A DNA stretch of 61,238 bases from Limisphaerales bacterium (GCA_965657355.1 CBFHOE010000004.1:246055-307292), one strand, 5' to 3'. Shown: positions 20,199 to 31,670, numbered from the stretch's first letter. Notes: generated by a model from the letters alone, not told the origin. Numbers and translations: made by a program.

Positions 20199-21710
20199 AT
20201 GAGTCAGGTAAGAAAATATTTTCAGTCAATGAGGCCAGATTCCGTGGCCAATTTAGTGAATGCAAGTCGAAGAGATTTTTTATGCTCGTCTGCTTCAGGA
20301 GCCGGGGCGCTTGCTCTACTTACTTTGATGCATCAGGACAAAGCCTTAGCTTCATCAAATCAAGTCCCTGAGGCATTGACTCATTTTGCTCCAAAAGCCA
20401 AAAGATGCATTTTTATTTTTATGGCAGGCGCTCCAAGTCAAATTGATCTTTTTGACGACAAGCCAGAATTGAAGCGTCTCCATGGGAAAAAGATGCCTGA
20501 TTCACTTTTGAGCAAAGTGAGATTTGCTTTTATCAAGAAAGAAAGTGCCACTCTAATGGCCTCAAAAAGAATCTTTAAAAAGCATGGTCAAAGTGGGATG
20601 CTTTTTTCCGATTTGTTACCTCGTTTAGGTTCATGTGCTGACGACATAGCAATGATTAAGTCAATGCACACGGACCAATTTAACCATCATCCTGGCCAAT
20701 TAGTGATGCAGTGCGGCAACGGGGAGTTTGGGCTTCCAGCCATGGGGTCCTGGATTAACTACGGCCTTGGATCAGAAAACCAAGATTTACCTGGTTATGT
20801 TGTACTCACAGCTGGCAGAGGATCTAGTGGAGGGGCAACTCTATGGCAAAGTGGTTTTCTCCCATCGGTATACGCTGGAGTACGATTCAGAAATCAGGGT
20901 GCCCCAGTATTAAACCTGGATTCTCCGATGGGTCTGTCGAGTGATTTACAAAGGCAGACTTTGGATGCGATCCGGGCCATTAACCAGAGCCGGTTTGATT
21001 TGGTGAAAGATCCTGAAATACAAAGCAGAATAGAGAACTATGAGCTTGCCTTTAGGATGCAAATGGCTGCTCCTGAATTGACTGATTTATCGGCGGAGAG
21101 GCAATCAACCAGGGATCTCTACGGAGTTGATAGAGAGGACATTGAAACGGGGAAGAGCACTCGTGGAGGTAGCCCTGGTCAATTCAAACTGTTTGCAAAA
21201 AATTGTCTTTTAGCCAGAAGGATGGTTGAAAGAGGTGTCCGGTTTGTCAATATCATCCATGCGAGCTGGGACCATCACAGCAATCTTGATAAGGAATTGA
21301 CATATAACGCCACCATGTGTGATCGACCTATCGCTGGGTTAATAAAAGATTTAAAGCAGCGCGGGCTTCTGGATGAAACGCTTGTCGTTTGGGGTAGCGA
21401 ATTTGGAAGAACCCCTCTTGGCGAAAATAGACCAGGTCGTGCATCAAACACTGGGCGAGACCATCACCCATATGCTTTCTCTATGTTTTTAGCTGGGGGA
21501 GGGATCAAAGGCGGCGTAACCCATGGTGAGACGGATGATATTGGTTGGAATCCTGTGAAGGATCCTGTGCATGCCAATGATTTACAGGCAACCATCCTTC
21601 ACCTATTCGGTATTAATCACGAAAAGCTCACCTATCTGCACAGGGGCGCCAATCAGCGATTGACGACCATTACGCGTCAATCCAAGGTGATTAGAAATAT
21701 ACTTGCCTGA
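20199..21710 (+). CDS. DUF1501 domain protein (Tat-exported)
   Basis: SRRDFL signal; PKAKRCIFIFMAGAPSQIDLFD, WDHH, SEFGRTP, GRDHHP. Confidence 0.93.
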   Translation: MSQVRKYFQSMRPDSVANLVNASRRDFLCSSASGAGALALLTLMHQDKALASSNQVPEALTHFAPKAKRCIFIFMAGAPSQIDLFDDKPELKRLHGKKMPDSLLSKVRFAFIKKESATLMASKRIFKKHGQSGMLFSDLLPRLGSCADDIAMIKSMHTDQFNHHPGQLVMQCGNGEFGLPAMGSWINYGLGSENQDLPGYVVLTAGRGSSGGATLWQSGFLPSVYAGVRFRNQGAPVLNLDSPMGLSSDLQRQTLDAIRAINQSRFDLVKDPEIQSRIENYELAFRMQMAAPELTDLSAERQSTRDLYGVDREDIETGKSTRGGSPGQFKLFAKNCLLARRMVERGVRFVNIIHASWDHHSNLDKELTYNATMCDRPIAGLIKDLKQRGLLDETLVVWGSEFGRTPLGENRPGRASNTGRDHHPYAFSMFLAGGGIKGGVTHGETDDIGWNPVKDPVHANDLQATILHLFGINHEKLTYLHRGANQRLTTITRQSKVIRNILA

Positions 21711-21748
21711 TTTTTTCCTTTTGAAATTGCTAATGTATATCTGATTTG

Positions 21749-22915
21749 ATGGACAGGGTCCCGCTTATTGCAATAGATTTTGCCTTTTTTGATCATGCAA
21801 ATATTGGTGCAGGTCAGTATAGGTATGTCGTTCAAATTGCTTTAGGCTTTGCGCGAAAATCGGGATATCGATTTCTCATTATTGGCAGTCAGCCAGAACC
21901 CGTACCTGAATTGAGGGAGTTGGTCGAGCAGTCGGACAATTGGGACTACGCTTCTGTTCCCCATCACTCTTATCCATTAAATGATCTGGTTTATCACGTG
22001 AGATATTCCTTGTTGCTTTGGCGGAAGAGGGTCAATTTATTTCATGCCACCCACGTTTTCGTTCCAGCCCTCCCGCCATGCAAAGTTGTGATGACCAAAC
22101 ACGATTTGATGGAGGAAATATTTGATGAATATAAACAAGTCATCCGTCAAAGGCCTTATCGAATGCATAAATGGGCAACCCGCACTAAGGTCGATAAAGT
22201 CATCAGTATTTCCCAATGCACTCATGATGACTTGGTGAAGTATTTTCATATTTCACCTGAGAAAAGTGTCGTCATTCATCATGGGATTGATCATAACCAG
22301 CCAAAGAATGTTCCCGATTTATTTAGTCAAAAAGATTGGCAGCCATATATGGAAAATCGACTGCCCTGGATACTCGCTCCTTACAATTTGGAGCCCAGAA
22401 AAAACCTGATTGGGTTATGTCGCGCTCTTCCTATGGTTGTGGAAGAATTTCCAGATGTCCGACTGGTTCTATTTGGAAATGCAGCGATCACACCTGAGAG
22501 GGTATTAGAATTTGAGAACGAAGTGGAAGCCCTTGGGGTTTCTGATCATATCCATAAAGTTGGATTTGTATCTGACCCAGAACTCACCTGGCTTTATTCC
22601 AATACGGACATTTTTGTTTTTTCCACCCAATACGAAGGCTTTGGCTATCCGATCATTGAAGCAATGAGCGCCGGTAGCTGTGTCATTTCAGGTAACGCAT
22701 CTTCCATGGCCGAGCTGATGGCTGATATCGGTGTCGGGGTTGACGTTAATGATAAACAAAAATTGGCGGAGGCTATCATTGCGCTCCTGGGCCATAAAGA
22801 ATTACGAGAAGACTTGGCTGAGAGAGGCCAAAGATGGGCGCGTTCTTTTACATTGGAAAAAGTAGTTCGAAAAACGTTCGACACGTATTTGGATGTTTTG
22901 AAGCGTGACTCGTAA
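21749..22915 (+). CDS. Glycosyltransferase family 4 (GT-B)
   Basis: HDL, ISIS, EPRKN, YEGFGYPIIEAM (E-x7-E motif). Confidence 0.9.
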   Translation: MDRVPLIAIDFAFFDHANIGAGQYRYVVQIALGFARKSGYRFLIIGSQPEPVPELRELVEQSDNWDYASVPHHSYPLNDLVYHVRYSLLLWRKRVNLFHATHVFVPALPPCKVVMTKHDLMEEIFDEYKQVIRQRPYRMHKWATRTKVDKVISISQCTHDDLVKYFHISPEKSVVIHHGIDHNQPKNVPDLFSQKDWQPYMENRLPWILAPYNLEPRKNLIGLCRALPMVVEEFPDVRLVLFGNAAITPERVLEFENEVEALGVSDHIHKVGFVSDPELTWLYSNTDIFVFSTQYEGFGYPIIEAMSAGSCVISGNASSMAELMADIGVGVDVNDKQKLAEAIIALLGHKELREDLAERGQRWARSFTLEKVVRKTFDTYLDVLKRDS

Positions 22916-22916
22916 A

Positions 22917-24512
22917 TTAAACGCATAGGCTTTTGGCGGCCTCGGCACTTCTTATACCATCAAGTGCGGCACTCACGATACCGCCAGCGAATCCTGCTCC
23001 TTCACCGCATGGAAACAAGCCTTTTATTTCGGTGTGTTCCAGTGTGTCTGGATCCCTTGGTATCCGAATGGGTGAGCTCGTGCGGGTTTCAAAGCCTAGT
23101 AGATTTGCTTCTTCTCCGAGGTATCCCTTCATTTGTGAATGAAATAGTTTCAATGATTTACGGATTCTCCATGTCATCCATTCTGGAAGTATTTGATCTA
23201 GCCTGGCCGGCTGAATACCAGGAAAATAGCTCGTTTTTGGAAGATCAATAGAATCCTTGCCTAGAACAAAATCAAGTGCGCGCTGGGCTGGTGCCTGCTG
23301 ACCACCACCGCCGTGCACTTTGGCATTGGATTCTAAATTTTTCTGGAAAGCGACTCCAGCCATGACTCCGTGTTCATTGGCGTATTCCCTAAGATCTTCT
23401 GGTTCTACGCTAACGACAAGCCCGCTATTTGCGAACTCAGAATCTCTTCTGGAAAGACTCATTCCGTTGACAACGACTTCATCGTCTTCAGTGGCCGCTG
23501 GTACGATAAAGCCGCCAGGGCACATACAGAAAGAGTGAATCCCGCGGTCTTTTATTTTTGTTGCCAATCTATAGCGGGCTGCTGGTAGCAAACGTGGTCT
23601 TTTTTCATTTTTTCTGAGATGGTATTGGAATTCATCGATGAGTTTTTGTGGATGTTCAATTCTCATACCAACCGCAAATGGCTTGGCTTCTTGTTTGATT
23701 TTTTTATCTGCCAGTAGTGAATAAATGTCTCTGGCGGAATGCCCAGTCGCGAGTATGACTGCCTCCCCGAGGTGTTCTTTGCCATAGTTGTCTCGGACAC
23801 CATAGATTTTATTTTTCTTGATTATAAAGTCGATTGCTTTTGTTTGAAAATGAACCTGGCCACCGGCTTCGAGAATACTTTTTCTCATAGCCATAACTAC
23901 ATTAGGAAGTAGGTTTGAGCCAACGTGTGGATGGGCATCGACTAAGATCTGGGATGGGGCACCGTGGCCAACAAGGGTTTTATAAATATCAGCTACAGGA
24001 CCCCTTTTTTTTGCTCGAGTGTATAATTTTCCATCGGAAAATGTACCCGCACCACCTTCTCCGAAACAGTAATTTGAATCCTCAATAACTGTTCCTTTTC
24101 TTAAAAGAGGAGCCAAATCGAACCTCCTCGATGAGGCGTCTTTTCCTCGCTCTAGAATAATGGGGCGTAACCCTAATTCAACGCATCTCAGTGCAGCAAA
24201 CATCCCAGCTGGACCGCAGCCTATAATTATCACCGATTTGGTTTCATTTTTTAATTTTGAATAGCGGGGGTGGTGGTCCTCGTCTGGGATTTGTGAATCT
24301 GTGCTGACTTCCAGCCTGAGATGAATTTTTATTAATCTTTTGCGCGCGTCTATTGAATGCTTTCTGAGACGAATGTCACATATGTGATCAGCTGGAATCC
24401 CAAGTGATTTAGCCGCTTCTTTCTTCCAAATCTCAGGATTATCAGAACCCTCTAGAGGAATAATGATATCTATTATTTCATTCAAATTACGTCTTAATAT
24501 ATACGGAAACAT
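22917..24512 (-). CDS. Uncharacterised NAD(P)/FAD-dependent oxidoreductase (COG2509-like)
   Basis: IGCGPAG, FGEGGAGTFSDGKL, ATGHSARD, SFCMCPGG, ETRTSSP, GEGAGFAGGIVSAALDG; start uncertain (24485-24599). Confidence 0.88.
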   Translation of the reverse strand: MFPYILRRNLNEIIDIIIPLEGSDNPEIWKKEAAKSLGIPADHICDIRLRKHSIDARKRLIKIHLRLEVSTDSQIPDEDHHPRYSKLKNETKSVIIIGCGPAGMFAALRCVELGLRPIILERGKDASSRRFDLAPLLRKGTVIEDSNYCFGEGGAGTFSDGKLYTRAKKRGPVADIYKTLVGHGAPSQILVDAHPHVGSNLLPNVVMAMRKSILEAGGQVHFQTKAIDFIIKKNKIYGVRDNYGKEHLGEAVILATGHSARDIYSLLADKKIKQEAKPFAVGMRIEHPQKLIDEFQYHLRKNEKRPRLLPAARYRLATKIKDRGIHSFCMCPGGFIVPAATEDDEVVVNGMSLSRRDSEFANSGLVVSVEPEDLREYANEHGVMAGVAFQKNLESNAKVHGGGGQQAPAQRALDFVLGKDSIDLPKTSYFPGIQPARLDQILPEWMTWRIRKSLKLFHSQMKGYLGEEANLLGFETRTSSPIRIPRDPDTLEHTEIKGLFPCGEGAGFAGGIVSAALDGIRSAEAAKSLCV

Positions 24513-24797
24513 TAGCAAATGTCCCGTTTTGTTTTCACTAGTGCCCCTTCCTGAAGCCTTATAAGTATGGTGTATTTGAAAACTGTAGTTTTGAGACAAA
24601 TACCAAAGGATGAATGGCTGCTACCTATGAAAGAGTCTTAGATGTGACTAACAGAATTTATTATTAAATCAAGTGTGCAGCCAAACCAAATCTCAGGCGC
24701 CACATTGAAAAATTATTTAACGAGTGGCCTATTATTGTCGTGGGTGCAACGCAGACCCAAGAGCATCATGGAAATATCTTATTCGGTAATAAATAAT

Positions 24798-25916
24798 TTA
24801 GTCTTTCTTTGCCGGTTCCAATTTTGTCCAAGCTGCATCTATCGTGGCTATTTTTTTCTCCAGTGGACCAAAGGCAAGCTCCCTGACCTCATCACCTATT
24901 GTGAATTGAAGCCAGCCGCTTGTTCCTGGGGGTAAATAAAATCGGGGCATGTCATTCAAGTCCGCAGTCCCTGCTTTGGTTTCATCAAGTGCACAAGTTC
25001 TTTTGACTCCATCAAGCACGCATACTTTAGCGTTAATTCTTTTGCCTTCTTTATTATCCCAAAGTCTGACACCGAGTTCGACTAGGTTGAGCTTTTCTGT
25101 CGAATCTTTCGCATATCTTTCCGTGACGTTCACTGCTGCAACCGAGTTATTCGATCGAGCCCATACCATGGGGAAGGTAATTCCATTTCTTTTCCATGAA
25201 GTTGCATAGATAGCATGTCGTCTTTCATTAGCTTTGGCTTTGGATGCATCACCGACAAACCACCCTCTATTCAATCCTTTGGGATCGTATTCGTCTGCTC
25301 CTGCAAAGTGCCAATCACCATCCCAGATTTCAACCCAGGTGTGATTTCCTCTTCCATTTGTCCATAATGGAGTCCCCACTGCTCGTGCCGGTATGCCAAC
25401 AGATCGACAGGCCTCAACAAGGATAATAGACAGGCCTGTGCAGGTGGCCATTCCTAGGGATGTTGATTCTTTGAGGCTTTGGTTCGGACGTTTCCGCCCA
25501 GTGTTGTAATGGACATTTACAATATTAAATATGTTTTTATTGAGGAGTTGGGCAGCTTCAGCGCCGGTTTGCGCTTCCTTAACAACTTTGGTAGCCAAAC
25601 TAAATAATTTTTTTCTCCAAGTGTCCCGTGTTTCATCAAAAACGGCATAGGGAAGAACATCATTAAGAAAGATTGATTCTGGAACTTTAGCTGCCCATGG
25701 AAATGCTTTGCGTGCCTCGAATGCAAAATCTAAATTTTCGATTAGAAACTCCGTGCTTAATGAGTTTTTGTCATTCTCAGGCATGTGGAGAACTAGAAAC
25801 CGTGCTGCTTTCTGGCCGCTTTCACCGTATTTAGTTTGCGCATAAGAAACGAATTTTTCGATAGGATCAGCCGATGCTGTAAGGCTCGTCAATAGGCATA
25901 CTAATAAAAATTTCAT
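24798..25916 (-). CDS. Secreted transglutaminase-like domain protein
   Basis: Signal peptide MKFLLVCLLTSLTASA; Cys-His-Asp triad in ATCTGLS, NHTWVE, DGDW. Confidence 0.85.
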   Translation of the reverse strand: MKFLLVCLLTSLTASADPIEKFVSYAQTKYGESGQKAARFLVLHMPENDKNSLSTEFLIENLDFAFEARKAFPWAAKVPESIFLNDVLPYAVFDETRDTWRKKLFSLATKVVKEAQTGAEAAQLLNKNIFNIVNVHYNTGRKRPNQSLKESTSLGMATCTGLSIILVEACRSVGIPARAVGTPLWTNGRGNHTWVEIWDGDWHFAGADEYDPKGLNRGWFVGDASKAKANERRHAIYATSWKRNGITFPMVWARSNNSVAAVNVTERYAKDSTEKLNLVELGVRLWDNKEGKRINAKVCVLDGVKRTCALDETKAGTADLNDMPRFYLPPGTSGWLQFTIGDEVRELAFGPLEKKIATIDAAWTKLEPAKKD

Positions 25917-26028
25917 GGTATTATTTTGATTTAAAACCATCGCATCGTCAACGAGCGGTTTCAATAGAAATGAGTATTACTTGAAGTTCCTGCTTGTCAA
26001 TTGTGGGGTGGCTTTGAGAGGGTTGGAC

Positions 26029-27597
26029 ATGGAAGTGAAAAAGGAACCTAATTCTCTGGATCGACAATTTTATTTGCGTGCAGATGATTTCTTTCCCGCC
26101 AATAAAGACTGCGCTCTAACTTACGATGATCTGACGCTCGCGACTCTGCATTCCGAAATTCTGCCCAAAGATACGCAAATGGAAACTCGCCTCGCTGATG
26201 GGCTTGAGTTGCACCTTCCTATTGTTTCGGCTGATATGGACACGGTTACTGAGTCGAGAATGGCAATCGCCATGGCTCAGAATGGAGGGATGGGGCTCAT
26301 TCACTATAACATGCTGGAAAAAGAGCAGCTCAAGGAGGTTTCAAGAGTAAAAAATCACGTCCATGGATTGATTCAAGATCCAATCACAGTTCATCCAGAG
26401 CAGAGCATATTTCATGTCTTAGAGCTTATTGCCAGGAAAGGTTTTACCTTCAGTACTTTTCCTGTCGTCGACGATCACGGTAAACTGATTGGATTATTAC
26501 CAGGAAGCGTCGTCAGACCTCGTTATTCTGAGAGGCTAGTCAAGGAGGCCCTAACGCCGAGAGACCAAGTTTTTACTTTAGCCGAAAAGGAATTGGGAAA
26601 TGATGCCATCGCGAGAGCCGACGAATTTTTCGCCGATCATCCAAGAATTGATAAGTTGATGGTTGTCGACAGCGAGGACAATCTGCGTGGTCTATTTACT
26701 TTATCTGACGTCGATAGAATCACCCAAGAGCGACAAGCTCAATTTAAACCTGCTAGGGACTCACAATTTCGTTTGGTATGCGGGGCAGCTATTTCGGCAA
26801 CTCGAAATTCTGTAGGTGAGCTGGATAGAGATAGAATTGCCACCCATGTTGGGGGACTGGTTGATCGTGGTGTGGATGCAGTAGCTGTATCCACTGCGCA
26901 CGGGCACACCCAAGGAGTCGGTGATACAGTCCGACTCGTCAGGGAAATATTTCCTGAACTCCCAATCATTGCCGGTAATGTTACCAGCGGGGCCGGGGTT
27001 GAATTTTTAGCCCAATGCGGCGCCAGCTGCATAAAAATAGGGCAGGGGCCAGGGAGCATTTGCACGACCAGAGTGGTAGCCGGTGTCGGTATACCTCAAA
27101 TGACGGCTCTTTATTTAGCCTCAAAATCAGCACAAAATTCAGGCGTTAGTATTCTTGCTGACGGTGGTATTTCCAAATCTGGAGACATAGTGAAAGCATT
27201 AACTATTGCTGATGGCGTTATTTGTGGTGGCATATTGGCCGGGTGTTCTGAGGCTCCTGGTGAGATAATGGAAATTAGTGGCAAATTATATAAGCAGTAT
27301 CGAGGTATGGGATCCATTGCTGCCATGAAGGCTGGCTCAGCAGCTCGCTATGGCCATAACACTAAAGATTCAAATCGCAAGGTATCAGCCGAGGGAGTTG
27401 AGGCCCTTAAGGAGGTCTCTGGCTCAGCAGATAAAGTTTTAGGGCAGCTCATCGGAGGCATCCAATCAGGCATGGGATATTTGGGAGCCAGCACTTTGCA
27501 AGATTTGAGGAATAAGGCCAGGTATATTAAGATTAGCTCTGCTGGACAAAAAGAATCATCCACACACGATATTGTTGAATTAAAAACTGGGACATAA
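26029..27597 (+). CDS. guaB: IMP dehydrogenase with CBS pair
   Basis: [33 protein letters not shown] (catalytic Cys), [22 protein letters not shown] 26029. Confidence 0.95.
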   Translation: MEVKKEPNSLDRQFYLRADDFFPANKDCALTYDDLTLATLHSEILPKDTQMETRLADGLELHLPIVSADMDTVTESRMAIAMAQNGGMGLIHYNMLEKEQLKEVSRVKNHVHGLIQDPITVHPEQSIFHVLELIARKGFTFSTFPVVDDHGKLIGLLPGSVVRPRYSERLVKEALTPRDQVFTLAEKELGNDAIARADEFFADHPRIDKLMVVDSEDNLRGLFTLSDVDRITQERQAQFKPARDSQFRLVCGAAISATRNSVGELDRDRIATHVGGLVDRGVDAVAVSTAHGHTQGVGDTVRLVREIFPELPIIAGNVTSGAGVEFLAQCGASCIKIGQGPGSICTTRVVAGVGIPQMTALYLASKSAQNSGVSILADGGISKSGDIVKALTIADGVICGGILAGCSEAPGEIMEISGKLYKQYRGMGSIAAMKAGSAARYGHNTKDSNRKVSAEGVEALKEVSGSADKVLGQLIGGIQSGMGYLGASTLQDLRNKARYIKISSAGQKESSTHDIVELKTGT

Positions 27598-27741
27598 TAT
27601 ACGATTGAACCTGTAGCCAATTATCGTTTTGAATTCAAAACATTACCGATGAAAAAAGTTTTCAAGCAGAAATTGCCTTTCACCTGTTCACCGTTAATTT
27701 TTTAGGGATTCTCATTGCATGCGGAATCACTCATAAGAAAA

Positions 27742-27766
27742 TCGCTCATAAAAATTTTATGAGCGA
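27742..27766. terminator. Palindrome between convergent genes; probable bidirectional terminator
   Basis: TCGCTCATAAAA-A-TTTTATGAGCGA (12-bp arms) between the guaB stop (27597) and the convergent propeller gene stop (27817). Confidence 0.5.
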
Positions 27767-27816
27767 ACTGACCTGTGTGTTAGGTCAAAATTTCAAAGTG
27801 ATCTAAGATGAGAATT

Positions 27817-29151
27817 TTATTCGGCTTGTGCGACTGAAATGGCCGTTGTGTCATTTGAAGATGAACTTTTAATTCCGTCTGCAGGTTTATCTTCCCATGA
27901 GAAGATCTTCAAACTTTTCAAAGAACGAATGAAGACCTGATTGTCTGCAATTCCAATATGAGCCCATGTATCATCTTTGGTGACTTCTAATGAATCCGTA
28001 ATCCTGAACTCTTCAGGGGAGGCTGGAATCAGGAATAGTTCTCCTTTCGAAGACAGAACTAATAGATTTTCCCCGTTAGTAATGACTGAGCAATATTTTC
28101 CAAAGCTTTTATCTGAGGTCCACTCGATTTCTCCGGAGGTTGTATCGATACACACGAGGCGCCCGGATCTTCCATGGATGTATGCGTGTTCTTCAACTAA
28201 GACCGGACTACTCATATAACCCTGGAATTTTTGTTGCCATGATTCTTTCACTGACCATTTTTCAGTATCGATCTTAGATAGTTGAAATAAGTGGGTCTTG
28301 CCGCCATACGTTGCGGTTAGTATGCCATTTTTGGTGAAGGTAGGAGTGAGGATGTTCATCCCACGAAAAGCGGGAACATTCTGTGACCATAGTAATTTAC
28401 CGGTCTCAAGATTGATTCCAGTCAAAGAATTTCTTCCCAGTGCTACCAATTGCCTTTGGCCCTGAATTTCATGAACCATGGGAGATGAAAAGGGACTGGA
28501 CCCCATGGCGTCTTTAGATGTTTCAGAAGTCCATTTGATCGTACCGTCATCCGTATTCACCTTAACAACCCCTCCACCGGCCTGAATATACAAGTCATCC
28601 CCAACCACAATCGGAGAACACACACCACCGAAGGATGGTTCCGGTGTCGATAGTTTTTTTGGGAAATCCAGATCCCATATGATTCTACCCGTGTTTTTAT
28701 CAAGGCAGACAAGCTTTTCCTGCATACCCAAGACAAACAACTTGTTTTTGTGAATCGCAGGGGTAGAGCGTATCCAGCTCCCATTCGACCTGGCAAAAAA
28801 AGGAACTTTCATGCCGCCAGGCCATGATGCACTCCATATTTCTTCGCCTGTTTCTCTTTTAAATGCTACGACTTTCTCTGTCTTGCCATCAACAGATTCT
28901 GTTGTGTAGATCGTGTCTAGATCGACTACAGGTGAGCTGTAGCTCTTGCCAAGACCTTTTGACCAAATCATTTTCAAATTGGATTCATTTAGGCTTTCGG
29001 GCCATTCTTTTCCAATATGCTGACCATTCCTCTCTGGACCACGCCACTGAGGCCAAATTTCTTTGTACGAACCTTCTGCTAACGCTTTGAAGGATGTCTG
29101 CCCGAGGATACAAAGGATAATCATATACGCCGCTGTGAACCAATAATTCAT
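27817..29151 (-). CDS. PQQ-like beta-propeller repeat protein (BamB-like, PVC type)
   Basis: Signal peptide; WPQWRGP, YSSPVV, repeated (D/N)xxTG.xxW motifs. Confidence 0.88.
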   Translation of the reverse strand: MNYWFTAAYMIILCILGQTSFKALAEGSYKEIWPQWRGPERNGQHIGKEWPESLNESNLKMIWSKGLGKSYSSPVVDLDTIYTTESVDGKTEKVVAFKRETGEEIWSASWPGGMKVPFFARSNGSWIRSTPAIHKNKLFVLGMQEKLVCLDKNTGRIIWDLDFPKKLSTPEPSFGGVCSPIVVGDDLYIQAGGGVVKVNTDDGTIKWTSETSKDAMGSSPFSSPMVHEIQGQRQLVALGRNSLTGINLETGKLLWSQNVPAFRGMNILTPTFTKNGILTATYGGKTHLFQLSKIDTEKWSVKESWQQKFQGYMSSPVLVEEHAYIHGRSGRLVCIDTTSGEIEWTSDKSFGKYCSVITNGENLLVLSSKGELFLIPASPEEFRITDSLEVTKDDTWAHIGIADNQVFIRSLKSLKIFSWEDKPADGIKSSSSNDTTAISVAQAE

Positions 29152-29706
29152 GATTAAAATCTTCGTCGTTAAGTAGACAAAAACCACAAATGTCTAATAT
29201 TTGTCTATAACAAATATTCATTTTGGGAAAAGTATTACCACTTTAACGACTTTTTAACCCCGACTTATCTTTTTAGAGATTATGAATTTTCGAATTTAGC
29301 CCGAAACAAACTTTATCTGGTAACTCATTTTAAAATTTTGTCCTGCAGCTAAAGATGGCTCAGGGCATCAACTTATATTATTGCGAATTCGGTAACGGTT
29401 TTTATTTTAGACTCATATTTGGAATTCGGTGTGATCCTTCAGAAAAATAATGCTTCACATGCCATAGCAACTGATGGCGCCAAAATGGAAAAAGCTGAGC
29501 ATAAAAACGCCTTTTTAGCTGAAAAATATATATTGATAGGAAATGTAACTGATCAACTGTCAATAGGGACTTGCAAATGATGAGATAGAATTGGTTTCTG
29601 ACACTTCTGGATATGCCTATAGCTTGATCTATAGCTTTTGGACATTTTGGGAAAGAAGGCTTAATAAGCTTTCATCTCTACCCTATTGTTAATATTTCAC
29701 GGAGGA

Positions 29707-31242
29707 TTAGAGGCCCAAAGTCAGTTGGTTTTGTGATGAGCCTTTGGGAGTTGAGTTTGATTTTCTTTGTCTTCTGCTCCCGTGCTTTTGGTAGACCTTT
29801 TTGGATTGGTCCTTAAAGTTCTCACTCTTCCTGACAATCGATATCTTTTTCCGCGCCTCCCTTGTTGCTAAATCATGTGAAACAATGGGCATTGGATAGT
29901 CGACGCCAATTTGGAAATCATGTTGGTTATCTGAATATGGATTCATTAGCCATGGTTCATGAATCCAGGTGTCAGGTAAGCATTTGAGTTCTGGCACCCA
30001 TTTGCGAATGAAGGAGCCATCGGGATCGTGATCCTTTGATTGTTTGACTGGATTATATATTCGCAAGGCATTGATCCCCGTGACTCCGGATTGCATTTGA
30101 AGCTGGCTGTAATGAATCCCTGGTTCATAATCAGTAAATAAACGAGCCAGATGGTAGCCTGTTTTGCGCCAGTCTAACCAAAGGTGATAACTTGCGAAGC
30201 TAACCAACATGGCTCGCATGCGAAAATTAATCCACCCCTTGTGGATCAAACTTCTCATGCAGGCGTCAATAAAAGGATATCCTGTTTTTCCTTCGCACCA
30301 TGATATGTAGTAATCCTGATTATGTTCATTTTCTCGCATACCCTCAAAAGACGGATGCATGCACTTGTGTTCAATCTCTGGTTGGTCTTCTAATTTTTGT
30401 ATGAAGTGACAGCGCCAAGATAATCTAGAGCCAAAAGCAGATAAATTTCTCTTCCAGTATTTTTTTTCTTCAGTTGGCAATCCATCCCGCCTGAGTTTTA
30501 GGGAATGGACGACTTCTTTCATAGAAATTGACCCCCAAGTTAGGTGCGCCGACAGTCTTGAGCACGTATCTTCTGATCGACCTGGAGCCGATATGTTCTG
30601 CGCGTATTTTTGTGCCCTTGATGTTAAAAAACTTTTTAGAATTTTTATGCCCTCTCGTCGGCCGCCCTTTTGGGGGGAGGCGATGGGATAATCGCCGAAC
30701 ATTGGGTCTTCTTTATCTGGAATATGACCTTCTTGAATGTCTGCTATTGGCTTTAGATGTTCGGGCCTTGTGATAAGGTCCTGTGCCATTCGGATATTTC
30801 GTATTTTTGACCAATCGTCGCGTGACCTCAATCGCCTCACAACCCCATTACAAGGGTATTCATTAAGATCAACTTCGTTAGACTTGCACCATTTAATGAC
30901 TGAAATATCTCTATTATATGTCCATCCATTTCCTGTTTCCTCATGAGCATAAATGGCATTTATCTGGAATTCATCAGCGAGTTGTTTCAGCGCGGCTGGG
31001 ACGTCATTTATTTTTACCACCAAAGATTGACCTAACCGCTTACAATCATGACGCAGTTCGACGAGACAATCATGGATGAAGTGCCAATGGCGTTTGGATG
31101 CAAAAGGCTGTCGCCAATAATCTGGTTCAACGACATATAAGGGTAAAACAGGACAACCCTCTAAAGATGCTTCGAAAAGGGGCGCGTGATCGTGAATTCT
31201 CAGGTCCCGTTTGAACCAAACAATGTTAACAGGGTCCTTCAC
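29707..31242 (-). CDS. Cryptochrome/DNA photolyase family protein
   Basis: [64 protein letters not shown]. Confidence 0.92.
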   Translation of the reverse strand: MKDPVNIVWFKRDLRIHDHAPLFEASLEGCPVLPLYVVEPDYWRQPFASKRHWHFIHDCLVELRHDCKRLGQSLVVKINDVPAALKQLADEFQINAIYAHEETGNGWTYNRDISVIKWCKSNEVDLNEYPCNGVVRRLRSRDDWSKIRNIRMAQDLITRPEHLKPIADIQEGHIPDKEDPMFGDYPIASPQKGGRREGIKILKSFLTSRAQKYAQNISAPGRSEDTCSRLSAHLTWGSISMKEVVHSLKLRRDGLPTEEKKYWKRNLSAFGSRLSWRCHFIQKLEDQPEIEHKCMHPSFEGMRENEHNQDYYISWCEGKTGYPFIDACMRSLIHKGWINFRMRAMLVSFASYHLWLDWRKTGYHLARLFTDYEPGIHYSQLQMQSGVTGINALRIYNPVKQSKDHDPDGSFIRKWVPELKCLPDTWIHEPWLMNPYSDNQHDFQIGVDYPMPIVSHDLATREARKKISIVRKSENFKDQSKKVYQKHGSRRQRKSNSTPKGSSQNQLTLGL

Positions 31243-31670
31243 ACCATTAGACCAAATATATTGAGTGTTAGCGTCACAATGGCTATCAATGTAGCCTGAA
31301 GACGTATCTGGAAAAACCAGGGTTCAATAATCTCTTTTTTCTTCAGCGTTAGATCTATAAGTATGAGGTAGACAAAACTTGCCGCCAAAATAAAAAAACC
31401 AGCTATGGCAGGTACAAGCAGGGAGGACCAGGATAGAAGGGCAATGACATTTGAATGTATAAATAAATTCATTGGCGAGTCTTTAAATAAAAAGACCCCC
31501 CAATGGATCCCCGCTACAAAAGAGACAATTATAGCTCCGTATGCCGTCGCGATAGTCACCAGGTCTATACCAAAGATATCATCTATAAAAAATTGCCCTA
31601 TACCTGCAAACAAAAAAGGAAGTGTTCCTGCGTAGGTTAGTATTTTAGCTGTGAGTGATTTGTTTTTCAT
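31239..31670 (-). CDS. DUF3429 family membrane protein
   Basis: [30 protein letters not shown]; 4-nt overlap with the photolyase gene. Confidence 0.85.
   Translation of the reverse strand: MKNKSLTAKILTYAGTLPFLFAGIGQFFIDDIFGIDLVTIATAYGAIIVSFVAGIHWGVFLFKDSPMNLFIHSNVIALLSWSSLLVPAIAGFFILAASFVYLILIDLTLKKKEIIEPWFFQIRLQATLIAIVTLTLNIFGLMV

Noticed and set aside
29616..29638. Short direct repeat CTATAGCTT x2
   Set aside because: Two 9-mers in AT-rich DNA; no array structure
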